From positions 7,945 to 71,944 of the forward strand of contig CAZGAX010000002.1 of assembly GCA_964523745.1 (NCBI GenBank): a stretch of 64,000 nucleotides of DNA. Reading direction: 5' to 3'. A program made the position numbers and the translations under genes. The notes under the pieces were generated by a model. It did no database searches. It was not told where the DNA came from and worked only from the letters and a program-made list of their open reading frames with translations. This DNA is from an uncultured Halobacteriales archaeon (lineage in GTDB: Archaea; Halobacteriota; Halobacteria; Halobacteriales; Haloarculaceae). Shown piece after piece: positions 49,610 to 57,214 of the stretch. Every line of letters begins with the position of its first letter. The stretch's first letter is position 1.

Positions 49610-49631
49610 ACCCGGTAGCACGCTACCAGGT
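49610..49631 (-). terminator. Second copy of the ACCTGGTAGC...CTACCGGGT hairpin, followed by a TTTT tract
   Basis: Minus strand reads ACCTGGTAG-CGTG-CTACCGGGT then GTACACCCCACTTTTCCC. It lies 45 nt after the repeat-protein stop and 48 nt before the peptide-2 start. Confidence 0.4.
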
Positions 49632-49675
49632 TCGAGCGTACCACGAGTGGGCCGAGGAGTCGGAGGCGGTCGTCG

Positions 49676-50242
49676 TTACGCAATGTCAACGTCGTCCGGG
49701 TCGGTGCCGTCGGTGGAGTCCGCGTCGGCGTCCGCATCGTCGTCCGGCGCGGCAGGTGTCGAGTCGTCTGCAGGCGCCGGGTCGTCGGTAGACTTCCGGG
49801 CGGGACCGTCGTCGCTGGTGCCGCCGCGGACGCCGTCGTCGCTGCCAGCCTCTGTCCCGCCGCGAACGGCGTCGTCGGCCGCCGGGCCGTCGCGGACGTC
49901 GACGGTCGTGGAGTTGGCGGCGTTGCTGGCCGCCGCGCCGCCGTCGGGACCGACGGAGGTACTGCCGACTTCGCTGGCTGCGGCCGCTCCGTGGGGCCCC
50001 ACGGCGACGACGCCGACGTCGGAGGCCGCCGACGCGCCGTGTTCGCCGACGGCCGTCGAGACCGAACTGGTGTTGGAGCCGTGGACGCCAGACGCTGCCG
50101 TCGTCGCGCTACTGCTGGCGGGGCCGGTGCCCTGTTCGGCCTGGGCGTCGGCCTTCGAAGAGGTGGTGGCTTCGCCGTCGATTGGCTGCTTGTTCGTCTG
50201 TCCTTCCTTGTCGGAGCTGTTGTCGGGTTTCTTCAGTGCCAT
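49676..50242 (-). CDS. Gly/Ala/Ser-rich protein with four 16-residue tandem repeats and an acidic C-terminal tail (copy A)
   Basis: 188 aa. The repeats are SGVHGSNTSSVSTA / VGEHGASAASDVGVVA / VGPHGAAAASEVGSTS / VGPDGGAAASNAANSTT. There is no signal peptide or TM. The start lies 1 nt after the RHH gene stop. Confidence 0.65.
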   Translation of the reverse strand: MALKKPDNSSDKEGQTNKQPIDGEATTSSKADAQAEQGTGPASSSATTAASGVHGSNTSSVSTAVGEHGASAASDVGVVAVGPHGAAAASEVGSTSVGPDGGAAASNAANSTTVDVRDGPAADDAVRGGTEAGSDDGVRGGTSDDGPARKSTDDPAPADDSTPAAPDDDADADADSTDGTDPDDVDIA

Positions 50243-50243
50243 C

Positions 50244-50441
50244 TTACAGGTCGAGCTGGATTTCGTTCTTGCAGTGCGGACAGCTCAGGCCGTTCTCCGT
50301 CGCCGTCTGGTAGTGGTGTACGAGCCGCCGGAGTATCTCCGCACGTGTCGTCTCGCCGTTCTCCGCCCGTGTGTCCAGAAAGTCCGCCGTCTCCTGGGTT
50401 ACTTTCGTGCTGGCGGTGACGGTCCGATTCGAGTCGGACAT
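50244..50441 (-). CDS. Ribbon-helix-helix (CopG/Arc-like) protein with C-terminal CPHC motif
   Basis: Start MSDSNRTVTASTKVTQETADFLDTRAENGETTRAEILRRLVHHY shows a strand-helix-helix pattern. It ends SCPHCKNEIQLDL. Confidence 0.65.
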   Translation of the reverse strand: MSDSNRTVTASTKVTQETADFLDTRAENGETTRAEILRRLVHHYQTATENGLSCPHCKNEIQLDL

Positions 50442-50711
50442 CAGTTGCCCTTTCGTCGCCGTCGGCATAAGCCGGAAACACGGTCCAGTTCGCTATCACG
50501 TCCCTGCACAGGTCGTCGCCGCTGGACCTGTAGTTGGCGGGCACCGTCCCGGCGAGGACGTGGAGCGTGGTCTGCACCCGAGACGAGGGCCGGTGGCGTC
50601 AGCGGAGCCAGCGAGTGGTACCCGCCTCGGGGGGAAGTACTGCCACGACCGGACGAATCGCTAACACGTCTCGCCGGTCTTTGTGCGAGGACGGCGAAGG
50701 CGGCGACAGGT

Positions 50712-50999
50712 ATGCACACAGCCCTCGAGTGGTTCCCCGTCCTCGCGATCGCACCGCCAACCGTCGCCCAGGTCGTCCAATTCCTGGCTGCGGCGATGAT
50801 ACCGATCGGCCTGTTCTACGTCGCGACGCGACGCGACGAGCAGCGGCTCAAGTGGCGTGACCTCCTGATCGCTATCGGCATCTTCGTGTTGCCGATCGTG
50901 GTCATCCTCGGCATACAGGGCATCCTCTCGTCGTCGTACGCTGCCCTCATCATGGGGATCGTGATGGGTCACGTGATGGCCATGCTCGACGACGACTGA
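50712..50999 (+). CDS. 95-aa 3-TM membrane protein, tandem paralog a
   Basis: Last 95 codons of the 49584..50999 frame: MHTALEWFPVLAIAPP...MGIVMGHVMAMLDDD. It has the same length and topology as 51182..51469. Confidence 0.6.
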   Translation: MHTALEWFPVLAIAPPTVAQVVQFLAAAMIPIGLFYVATRRDEQRLKWRDLLIAIGIFVLPIVVILGIQGILSSSYAALIMGIVMGHVMAMLDDD

Positions 51000-51181
51000 G
51001 AGGGGTGCCGGCCCGAGGGGTCCCGACCCGAGGGACCCGAGCCCGAGTGGGATCAACCGAACCTTCGGTGCGTTCTGCGGCGAGGAACGTCCCGAGCGGT
51101 GGCTGTCGGTTCGGACCCGATTCCTGTCGAAAATCTACCCTCTCTCGGCTACTTTCGGGGCCGGACCCCCAAGCTGTGACC

Positions 51182-51469
51182 ATGACGTTCACGCCCGACG
51201 TGGTTCCCGTTCTGACGACGACCGTACCGACGTTGTCCCACTTCGCCCAGATCGTCCTCGCCGCGACGATGCCGCTGGCAACGTGGCTCGTCCTCGGCAA
51301 GTCGAAGGTCCGGACGGTCAAGTGGTTCGACATGCTGCGGTTGATCGGTGGGCTGCTCGTGCCGACAGCCGCACTCCTCGCGATGCAGGGCGTCCTTCCA
51401 CCGCTGGTGGCGGGGGCTATCGTCGCGACGATGCTCGGCCACACCGCCACCCACGTCGACACGGACTGA
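51182..51469 (+). CDS. 95-aa 3-TM membrane protein, tandem paralog b
   Basis: MTFTPDVVPVLTTTVPTLSHFAQIVLAATMPL...KW(F/R)D(M/L)L...GAIVATMLGHTATHVDTD. It aligns without gaps to 50712..50999. Confidence 0.6.
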   Translation: MTFTPDVVPVLTTTVPTLSHFAQIVLAATMPLATWLVLGKSKVRTVKWFDMLRLIGGLLVPTAALLAMQGVLPPLVAGAIVATMLGHTATHVDTD

Positions 51470-51504
51470 GCAAGGCGTCGGCGCCGACGTATCGGTCAGG
51501 TTGA

Positions 51505-52521
51505 GTGTCTCGCCAGCATACGCCAGACGGTTCCCTCCGTCGTAGTATGGTACTGTCCACGCACGGACCGGTAGTCCTCGCTGCCGTCACGGAGAGCCTG
51601 GACGTCTCACCCGAGGTCGCCGGTGCGATCGTCGGCGGGGCGATCGGTATCACCAGCGCCGCCGTCACGGCCGGCGTCAACTACCTTCTGACCAAAAAGC
51701 GGCTCAAGGCGAAGAACGAGCGGCGACTCGCCGAGTTCTTCCTGGACAAGAAAGTCGAGGCGCTGTCGGCAATCCACACGGAGCTGACGGACTGTTACAC
51801 GACGCTCGGCAAGGCCCTCCAGAACCCCTCGGGGTACGACTGGACCCGGGTCCACGCGGAGATTCATCCGGCGATCGACTCGTTCGAGCAGGCCATAACG
51901 GTCGGCGACGTCTACCTCACGGCCGAACAGGAGTCAGAACTCCGGGCGGCCGTCGACGAGTACCGCGCCGCGGCCGACAAGATAGCCATCCTCGAGAACG
52001 GTCGGCGGGACATGATCGACGACGTGTTCGACGCCACCGAGACCGCCGGCGGGACGCTCGCCGAGGAGATCAACGATCCCATCCGGCGGCTGGAGGGCGA
52101 GGACGGCTCGTCCGAAGCCAGAGAGGAGGCGACGGCCGAGAGTCGAGAGGTACCGGCGGAGACTGACAGCTCGAACTGGGCGGCACTCGCCACCCAGCAG
52201 GACCGCCTCCGGTCCGTCCTCGAGATCGGCGACGACGGCCGAGTTTCGTTTCACGTCGACGTCCAACCGACCGGTCGGGCGCTCTTTCGCATCGTCGGCC
52301 GCCGGTACGCCTACGAACGAGACCTCGTCGAGTCACCGACCGTGGCGGAGTCGGACCTGCTCTCGATCTTCGACGGCGATCCGGCTGCGCTCGACGCGTT
52401 TCTCGACGAGGCCGGCGAGCGGCTGATGAGCGACGACGACGAGTACTACGTGGAGGCAGAGGACATCGAGGAGACCATCGACAGGGCGTCCGAGTACGTC
52501 GTCGAAGCCGGCGGCGCCTGA
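51505..52521 (+). CDS. N-terminally membrane-anchored hypothetical protein (helical domain + acidic linker + C-terminal domain)
   Basis: 338 aa, with an alternative start MVLSTHG at 51547. The TM is AGAIVGGAIGITSAAVTAGVNYLL. The product is acidic. No family recognized. Confidence 0.6.
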   Translation: MSRQHTPDGSLRRSMVLSTHGPVVLAAVTESLDVSPEVAGAIVGGAIGITSAAVTAGVNYLLTKKRLKAKNERRLAEFFLDKKVEALSAIHTELTDCYTTLGKALQNPSGYDWTRVHAEIHPAIDSFEQAITVGDVYLTAEQESELRAAVDEYRAAADKIAILENGRRDMIDDVFDATETAGGTLAEEINDPIRRLEGEDGSSEAREEATAESREVPAETDSSNWAALATQQDRLRSVLEIGDDGRVSFHVDVQPTGRALFRIVGRRYAYERDLVESPTVAESDLLSIFDGDPAALDAFLDEAGERLMSDDDEYYVEAEDIEETIDRASEYVVEAGGA

Positions 52522-52583
52522 CCGCCCACGGCGGTTCGAACCGGCGTCGGTCACCGGCCGGACGCCGGTCCGTGACTCTGACG

Positions 52584-53117
52584 TCAGTCGACGTCCTGGT
52601 GGGGACCGATCGTGTCCGAGACCTTGTTGTTCCAGGAGACGAGGTAGTCGAGACCGGCGGCGTTGCAGGGGTTGACCGTCTGGAGGTGGCCCAGCAAGTA
52701 GTACGTCAGGGCGGTCTCGGAGGTGACGACCGTCAGTTCGTCGCTGTAATCCTCCAGTTCGCTCTCCATGTACTCCCGTGTCCCCTCGTCGTCGGCGTCG
52801 AGTACCACGAGAACCTGGGTTTCGTCGGGGAACGACCCCGTCCGGAGGTACGAGCCCAGCTGGGTGGCCCGGTCGGTGAACAGGCAGCTGTGGTGGACCA
52901 CCCAGACGGCGTACTGGACGAGTTTGTCGTACTCCGGGAGGTCGTCGAGCGAGTGGTAGTGTTCTTCGAGCAGTAGCTTGTCACAGGTCAGTTTCGACCG
53001 CACGTCGTCGAACGTCGGCGCCGGCTGGTCGCCGAAGAGCCTGTCCGTCTCGTTCAAGACGAGCACCGTCGTCTCGTGCGGTATCGCGTCTGTCGGGTCG
53101 TCGTACCGGTCTATCAT
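52584..53117 (-). CDS. Hypothetical acidic cytoplasmic protein
   Basis: 177-aa ORF with typical haloarchaeal composition. No motifs recognized. Confidence 0.55.
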   Translation of the reverse strand: MIDRYDDPTDAIPHETTVLVLNETDRLFGDQPAPTFDDVRSKLTCDKLLLEEHYHSLDDLPEYDKLVQYAVWVVHHSCLFTDRATQLGSYLRTGSFPDETQVLVVLDADDEGTREYMESELEDYSDELTVVTSETALTYYLLGHLQTVNPCNAAGLDYLVSWNNKVSDTIGPHQDVD

Positions 53118-53241
53118 GCGGCTGGTCGTCTGTCAGTGAGTAGGGGTTCGTGGTGCCGGTGCGTGGAGCGTCGTCGGCCATCGCGACCGAGCCGCGACGT
53201 CGGGCCGACGGTACCGACGATAGGTGAAAGACGGTAATGAC

Positions 53242-53260
53242 CTCCTCCGATATGGAGGAG
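53242..53260. terminator. Perfect 7-bp hairpin (ctcctcc-gatat-ggaggag) next to an AT-rich patch
   Basis: Seen directly in the sequence. It lies ~160 nt downstream of the 53418..54230 gene on the minus strand. Function is uncertain. Confidence 0.25.
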
Positions 53261-53417
53261 CGTTAAGATATTCTGTAGATGATAGGTTTGCGTCGTCTCC
53301 CGACGCCGACCGTGCCGACACGTGTTACCGGTTCGGACAGTCTCTGCGGTACTTCTTGCAGCCAGCGCAACGATAGGTACGATGCGTGGAGAGCGACAGC
53401 GCCTGGGTCCCCGTCGT

Positions 53418-54230
53418 TCAGTCGCTACGCCACTCGTGCCAGAGACTCCGGTAGAGACCACGTTCGCTCCGCGTCTCGATCAGCGACTTGATCTCGGCGG
53501 CCGTGGCGCCGACGGCCTGGCGGCGGGCGAGCAGTTCGGGGACCGCACTCTCGGGTGCGGCGGCGGCATCACGCAGCGCCGCGACCATCGCGTCGGCCCA
53601 GCCGTCGTCCCACTCGGCGTAGAACGTCTCGTAGCCCCAGTTGAACTCGACGGAGACGCGGTAGAGGACGGCCGCCGTGTCCACCCGGCCTTCGTCGACG
53701 TCGGCCGCGGTGAGACCGTCGACCTCGTCCCAGAGGAAGTCGAGGGCGGCCGGTTCGAATCCGTGGCCCGTCTCGCGGAACGCCGGGTCGGTGGCGAGCA
53801 CCGGCGCGTTTCGTCGGAACCAGGTCCGCAAGTCGACGGTCCGACCGGACCGGAGTTCGGCCACCGGGTCGCCGTCGGCGGCGACAGTCGGCGGCAGTGC
53901 CCCGACGAACGCGTCGAGGTCTTCCGGTCGTTCGTGGCCGGCCAGTTCGCTGAGGTCGCTGGCGTACCGGTCGAGTGCCTCCGCCAGGTCGGCGTCGACC
54001 CGGTAGGTCTTGTAGTACTCCAGGTCGGCCCACAGCGAGCTGTAGTCGCCGTCCTCGCCGGGGAGTTCGCCGGAGACGACGTTGGTGAGTTCGCCGTACA
54101 GCGGCTGGTACACCTTGGTTTCGAGCCACCGACGCCGTTCGCGGTGGTCGGTCAGCAGTGCCGTCACGAGAGCGAGCGTCAGGCCGGCGAGGGAACTGAG
54201 CGCCGAACCCAGGAGGAGACCCCACTCCAT
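53418..54230 (-). CDS. N-terminally membrane-anchored hypothetical protein
   Basis: 270 aa. The TM is WGLLLGSALSSLAGLTLALVTALL, followed by an acidic Trp/Tyr-rich soluble domain. No family recognized. Confidence 0.6.
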   Translation of the reverse strand: MEWGLLLGSALSSLAGLTLALVTALLTDHRERRRWLETKVYQPLYGELTNVVSGELPGEDGDYSSLWADLEYYKTYRVDADLAEALDRYASDLSELAGHERPEDLDAFVGALPPTVAADGDPVAELRSGRTVDLRTWFRRNAPVLATDPAFRETGHGFEPAALDFLWDEVDGLTAADVDEGRVDTAAVLYRVSVEFNWGYETFYAEWDDGWADAMVAALRDAAAAPESAVPELLARRQAVGATAAEIKSLIETRSERGLYRSLWHEWRSD

Positions 54231-54310
54231 GCCGGGACTAGCGCTGCCGGCGATTTGAACCGCCGACCCGTGTTGAGAATGTCCAACGAATCCGCGACCG
54301 GAGGGACGGC

Positions 54311-55072
54311 GTGACCGGCGTCAGGGGGTTCTGGGCGGCGGCGACCGACACGACGACACAGGGACTCGCAGAGCGGTTGGTCCTGGCGCTCATTCTGTGT
54401 AACACTGTGGCGGTAGTCCTCAGTACCGTCGAGCCGGTGACGGCGCGGTACGGCCCGGTCCTGCGAGGCATCGAATACGTCGCAGTCGGTGCGTTCACCG
54501 TCGAATTCGTCCTTCGGATAGCGAGCCGACTCGCCCGGCCGGCTCCCTCCGGGAGCCGGCTGGCACGCCTTCGCGACCCGTACCTGGTGGTCGACCTGCT
54601 GGCCATCCTGCCGGCGTACGTCGGCGGGACCCGGGGCGTCAACGGAATCGAGTCGTCGAGCCTGGTGCGGGTGCTCCGACTGTTGAAGTTCGTCCGGTAC
54701 TTCAAGGGGGTCGAACGGCTCGGTCGCGTCGTCAACCGCAAGCGGGCCGACCTCGCGGCCTCGGTGTTCTGGACGGGGCTGCTCTGGCTCGTGGCAGCCA
54801 GCGGGGTGTACTTCGCCGAACGGACCGCCCAGCCCGAGGCGTTCTCCAGCATCCCCGCTGCGCTCTGGTGGGCCGGCGTCACTATCACCACCGTCGGCTA
54901 CGGCGACGTCTACCCGGTCACGCCGCTCGGACGACTGCTGGGCGTCGTCGTCGCACTGCTGGGCGTCGGCATCGCAGCGGTCCCGTCGAGCATCCTCGTC
55001 TCGGGGTTCCTGGAGGAGACCGGCCAGAGCACGCAGACGTGTCCACACTGCGGGGAGGAATTCGATGGTTGA
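54311..55072 (+). CDS. Voltage-gated-type (6-TM) potassium channel with TVGYGD filter and C-terminal CPHC motif
   Basis: GTG start. The S4-like segment is SLVRVLRLLKFVRYFKGVERLGR. The pore is WWAGVTITTVGYGDVYP. It ends TCPHCGEEFDG. Confidence 0.85.
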   Translation: MTGVRGFWAAATDTTTQGLAERLVLALILCNTVAVVLSTVEPVTARYGPVLRGIEYVAVGAFTVEFVLRIASRLARPAPSGSRLARLRDPYLVVDLLAILPAYVGGTRGVNGIESSSLVRVLRLLKFVRYFKGVERLGRVVNRKRADLAASVFWTGLLWLVAASGVYFAERTAQPEAFSSIPAALWWAGVTITTVGYGDVYPVTPLGRLLGVVVALLGVGIAAVPSSILVSGFLEETGQSTQTCPHCGEEFDG

Positions 55073-56012
55073 GGAGGGCTCGCGAATCCCCCCGACCGGG
55101 GAGGTGGACGACCCGCTGTCGTCCCACGGCGTCGGACCAGCGCCGTCCGAGACGCCCGAGCCGCGGCCCCACTCGGCTACACTGTCCCGGCGGGGGCAGA
55201 TCCTCCTGGAGTACGTCACCTTCGGCCACGGCGTCCACCACCTGCTGAAGGCCGTCGTCCTCCAGTTCGTCATCCTGTTTCTCGACGCGGGACTGTTCGA
55301 GTACACTACGCGGACCGGCGCGTTCGTCGGGCAGTGGGTCGTTCCGGTCGTCTGGCTGCTGGCGACGCTGGTGTTTTGCTGCATCCTGGTCGTGCTCGTC
55401 AGGCGGATCGGTCGGCGGACGCTCGCGCCGCGGTTCCACCGGCCGCGACACGTCGTCGGGTCGGTCGCGGGCCACCTCACGGCGTCGGGGCTGTCCTTTG
55501 CCTTCGGCTACCTGACGTTCGTCTACCCGCGACGGCCGGTCGAGGGACTGTCGGTGCCCGACCTGCTGCCGGGGACGTTGCTCGTGCTGGTGTTCGCGAC
55601 GTTCGTCGCCATCGGCTACCACGAACAGGTCGACGTGACCGACCATCCGAGGCCGACGGTGATACGCGAGACTATCGACGCCTGGCTCGACGCCCTGTCG
55701 TGGATACAGCGAGACACGGACTCGCTGGCCCGGGAGAACGCCTACGAGGAGTTCAGGGCCCGCACCGACCGGCTGGCGACGCTGTTGTCATACGCCCACA
55801 CCGTCGAGGGGCGCGAACTCGCGGCCGACTTCCGGCAGTGGCACACGCAGTTCGAGACCCACTCTATGTTGAGCAAGGAGTTGATCGTCGAGGGGCAGGC
55901 AGAGGACGACGCACCCGAGAGCGAGCGGCTCGCAGCAGAGCACGAACGATTGCGGCGGCTCCGGGCACGGCTGGTCGTGGTCGCCGAATCGACTGACCGA
56001 CGGTCGTCGTAA
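55065..56012 (+). CDS. Membrane protein (about 4 TM) with C-terminal helical cytoplasmic domain, overlapping the channel gene
   Basis: 315 aa with an 8-nt overlap with the channel ORF. Hydrophobic segments are VVLQFVILFL, WVVPVVWLLATLVFCCILVVLV, ASGLSFAFGYLTF and LLVLVFATFVAIG. Confidence 0.6.
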   Translation: MVEEGSRIPPTGEVDDPLSSHGVGPAPSETPEPRPHSATLSRRGQILLEYVTFGHGVHHLLKAVVLQFVILFLDAGLFEYTTRTGAFVGQWVVPVVWLLATLVFCCILVVLVRRIGRRTLAPRFHRPRHVVGSVAGHLTASGLSFAFGYLTFVYPRRPVEGLSVPDLLPGTLLVLVFATFVAIGYHEQVDVTDHPRPTVIRETIDAWLDALSWIQRDTDSLARENAYEEFRARTDRLATLLSYAHTVEGRELAADFRQWHTQFETHSMLSKELIVEGQAEDDAPESERLAAEHERLRRLRARLVVVAESTDRRSS

Positions 56013-56046
56013 GAAACCCGGAGCGGTAGGAGCGGCGCGCGGTCGC

Positions 56047-56790
56047 TCAGTCGTCGCCGGTCGTCGCGACGTCGCCGTCCTGCATCGAAACGAGGTTCGA
56101 ATTCGCTTCGTCGCTCGACGCCGCGCCGCCTTCCGGCCCGATGACGGCGACGCCGTTCTCGTTGGCGGCCGCCGCACCGTTGGGACCGACGGCGACGACC
56201 GCGACGTCGGACGCCGCCGACGCGCCGTGTTCGCCGACGACCACCGAGACGGAACTGGTCTCGGTCTGGCCGTTTCCGGTGGCGGACGTGGTCGCGCTGC
56301 CTGCCGCCGGGCCGGTGCCCTGCTCCGCCTCGACGCCGACCGTCGACGTCGTCTCCGACGCACCGACCTGGACGGGCTCCTCGTCGGCACCACCGCCACC
56401 GGACCCGACCGACCGTGAATCGGTGCCCCCGGTACCGGACGCCGCGGAGTCGTCCTGGTGACCCGGGTCGGTCTGACCGGAGTCGGCCCCTGCGGCGTCG
56501 CCCGTCTCCGCCAGCGGGTCGTCGGTCGGCTGGCCGGCCGAAGCGTCGGCAGCGTCCTGACCCGCCGCGTCTGCCGTGCCGTCCGGGACTGCGTCGTCAG
56601 TGGCCTGGCCGTCACCGGCGCCCGCGTCGTCTGTGGCAGGCGGGTCAGTGCTTGCCGAACCGCCGTCAGTGACTGACGGACTGTTCGCGTCGTCGGCGAG
56701 CGGATCGGTCGTGGGTTCGTCCGTTCCGGAGGTCGGTTCGTCGGTCGAACTACCGTTCGAGTTGGTGCCGAAGATGGCTTTCCAGATCAT
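56047..56790 (-). CDS. Gly/Ala/Ser-rich 16-residue tandem-repeat protein (copy B), with the acidic region N-terminal
   Basis: 247 aa. The C-terminal core is AEQGTGPAAGSATTSATGNGQTETSSVSVV / VGEHGASAASDVAVVA / VGPNGAAAANENGVAV / IGPEGGAASSDEANSNL. About 62 of 69 nt are identical to copy A (56191-56259 versus 50003-50071). Confidence 0.65.
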   Translation of the reverse strand: MIWKAIFGTNSNGSSTDEPTSGTDEPTTDPLADDANSPSVTDGGSASTDPPATDDAGAGDGQATDDAVPDGTADAAGQDAADASAGQPTDDPLAETGDAAGADSGQTDPGHQDDSAASGTGGTDSRSVGSGGGGADEEPVQVGASETTSTVGVEAEQGTGPAAGSATTSATGNGQTETSSVSVVVGEHGASAASDVAVVAVGPNGAAAANENGVAVIGPEGGAASSDEANSNLVSMQDGDVATTGDD

Positions 56791-57049
56791 GGTGTGGAGT
56801 GGGTGGTTGCCGGTCGCCGTTCGGGAGCGGGTACGGACGTCCGTATCCCGGTCCGCCGCCGGTACACCCGGGCGGCCGAAACCGAGGGACGTGGTTTCGC
56901 GTCGTCACGCCGGTCTCGCTGACGGTTCCGCGACTGGCCGTCAGTTAGACCGAACGCGTCGGGTGGGATAAGCGACGGAGACCCGATACTTCGCTACTAC
57001 GTCCCAAGGGTGACCGTCGCGGGCGAGGAGCGAAGGCAGTAGTGTCAGT

Positions 57050-57135
57050 TCTTCTTACAAAATGATTGCAAAACTAAATACGTTGATAATAGTAGTTTAT
57101 CCAAACGTAGTTCTTGTTTAATACTACCCATCTTC
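57050..57135. promoter_or_regulatory. AT-rich block between the divergent repeat-protein B and tfb genes
   Basis: cttcttacaaaatgattgcaaaactaaatacgttgataatagtagtttatccaaacgtagttcttgtttaatac contrasts sharply with the surrounding GC-rich DNA. It contains several TATA-like motifs. Confidence 0.35.
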
Positions 57136-57214
57136 AACTGTCACTCGCTGTCATGGAGCACGACACGGAGATGGACGGGAGGGAATCGCGTATGGACAGA
57201 CACGGTGGTGCGAA

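Noticed and set aside
49584-50999. 471-aa plus-strand ORF
   Set aside because: Its first ~375 codons are the low-complexity antisense of the repeat-protein and RHH genes. Only the last 95 codons (50712..50999) look like a real membrane protein.
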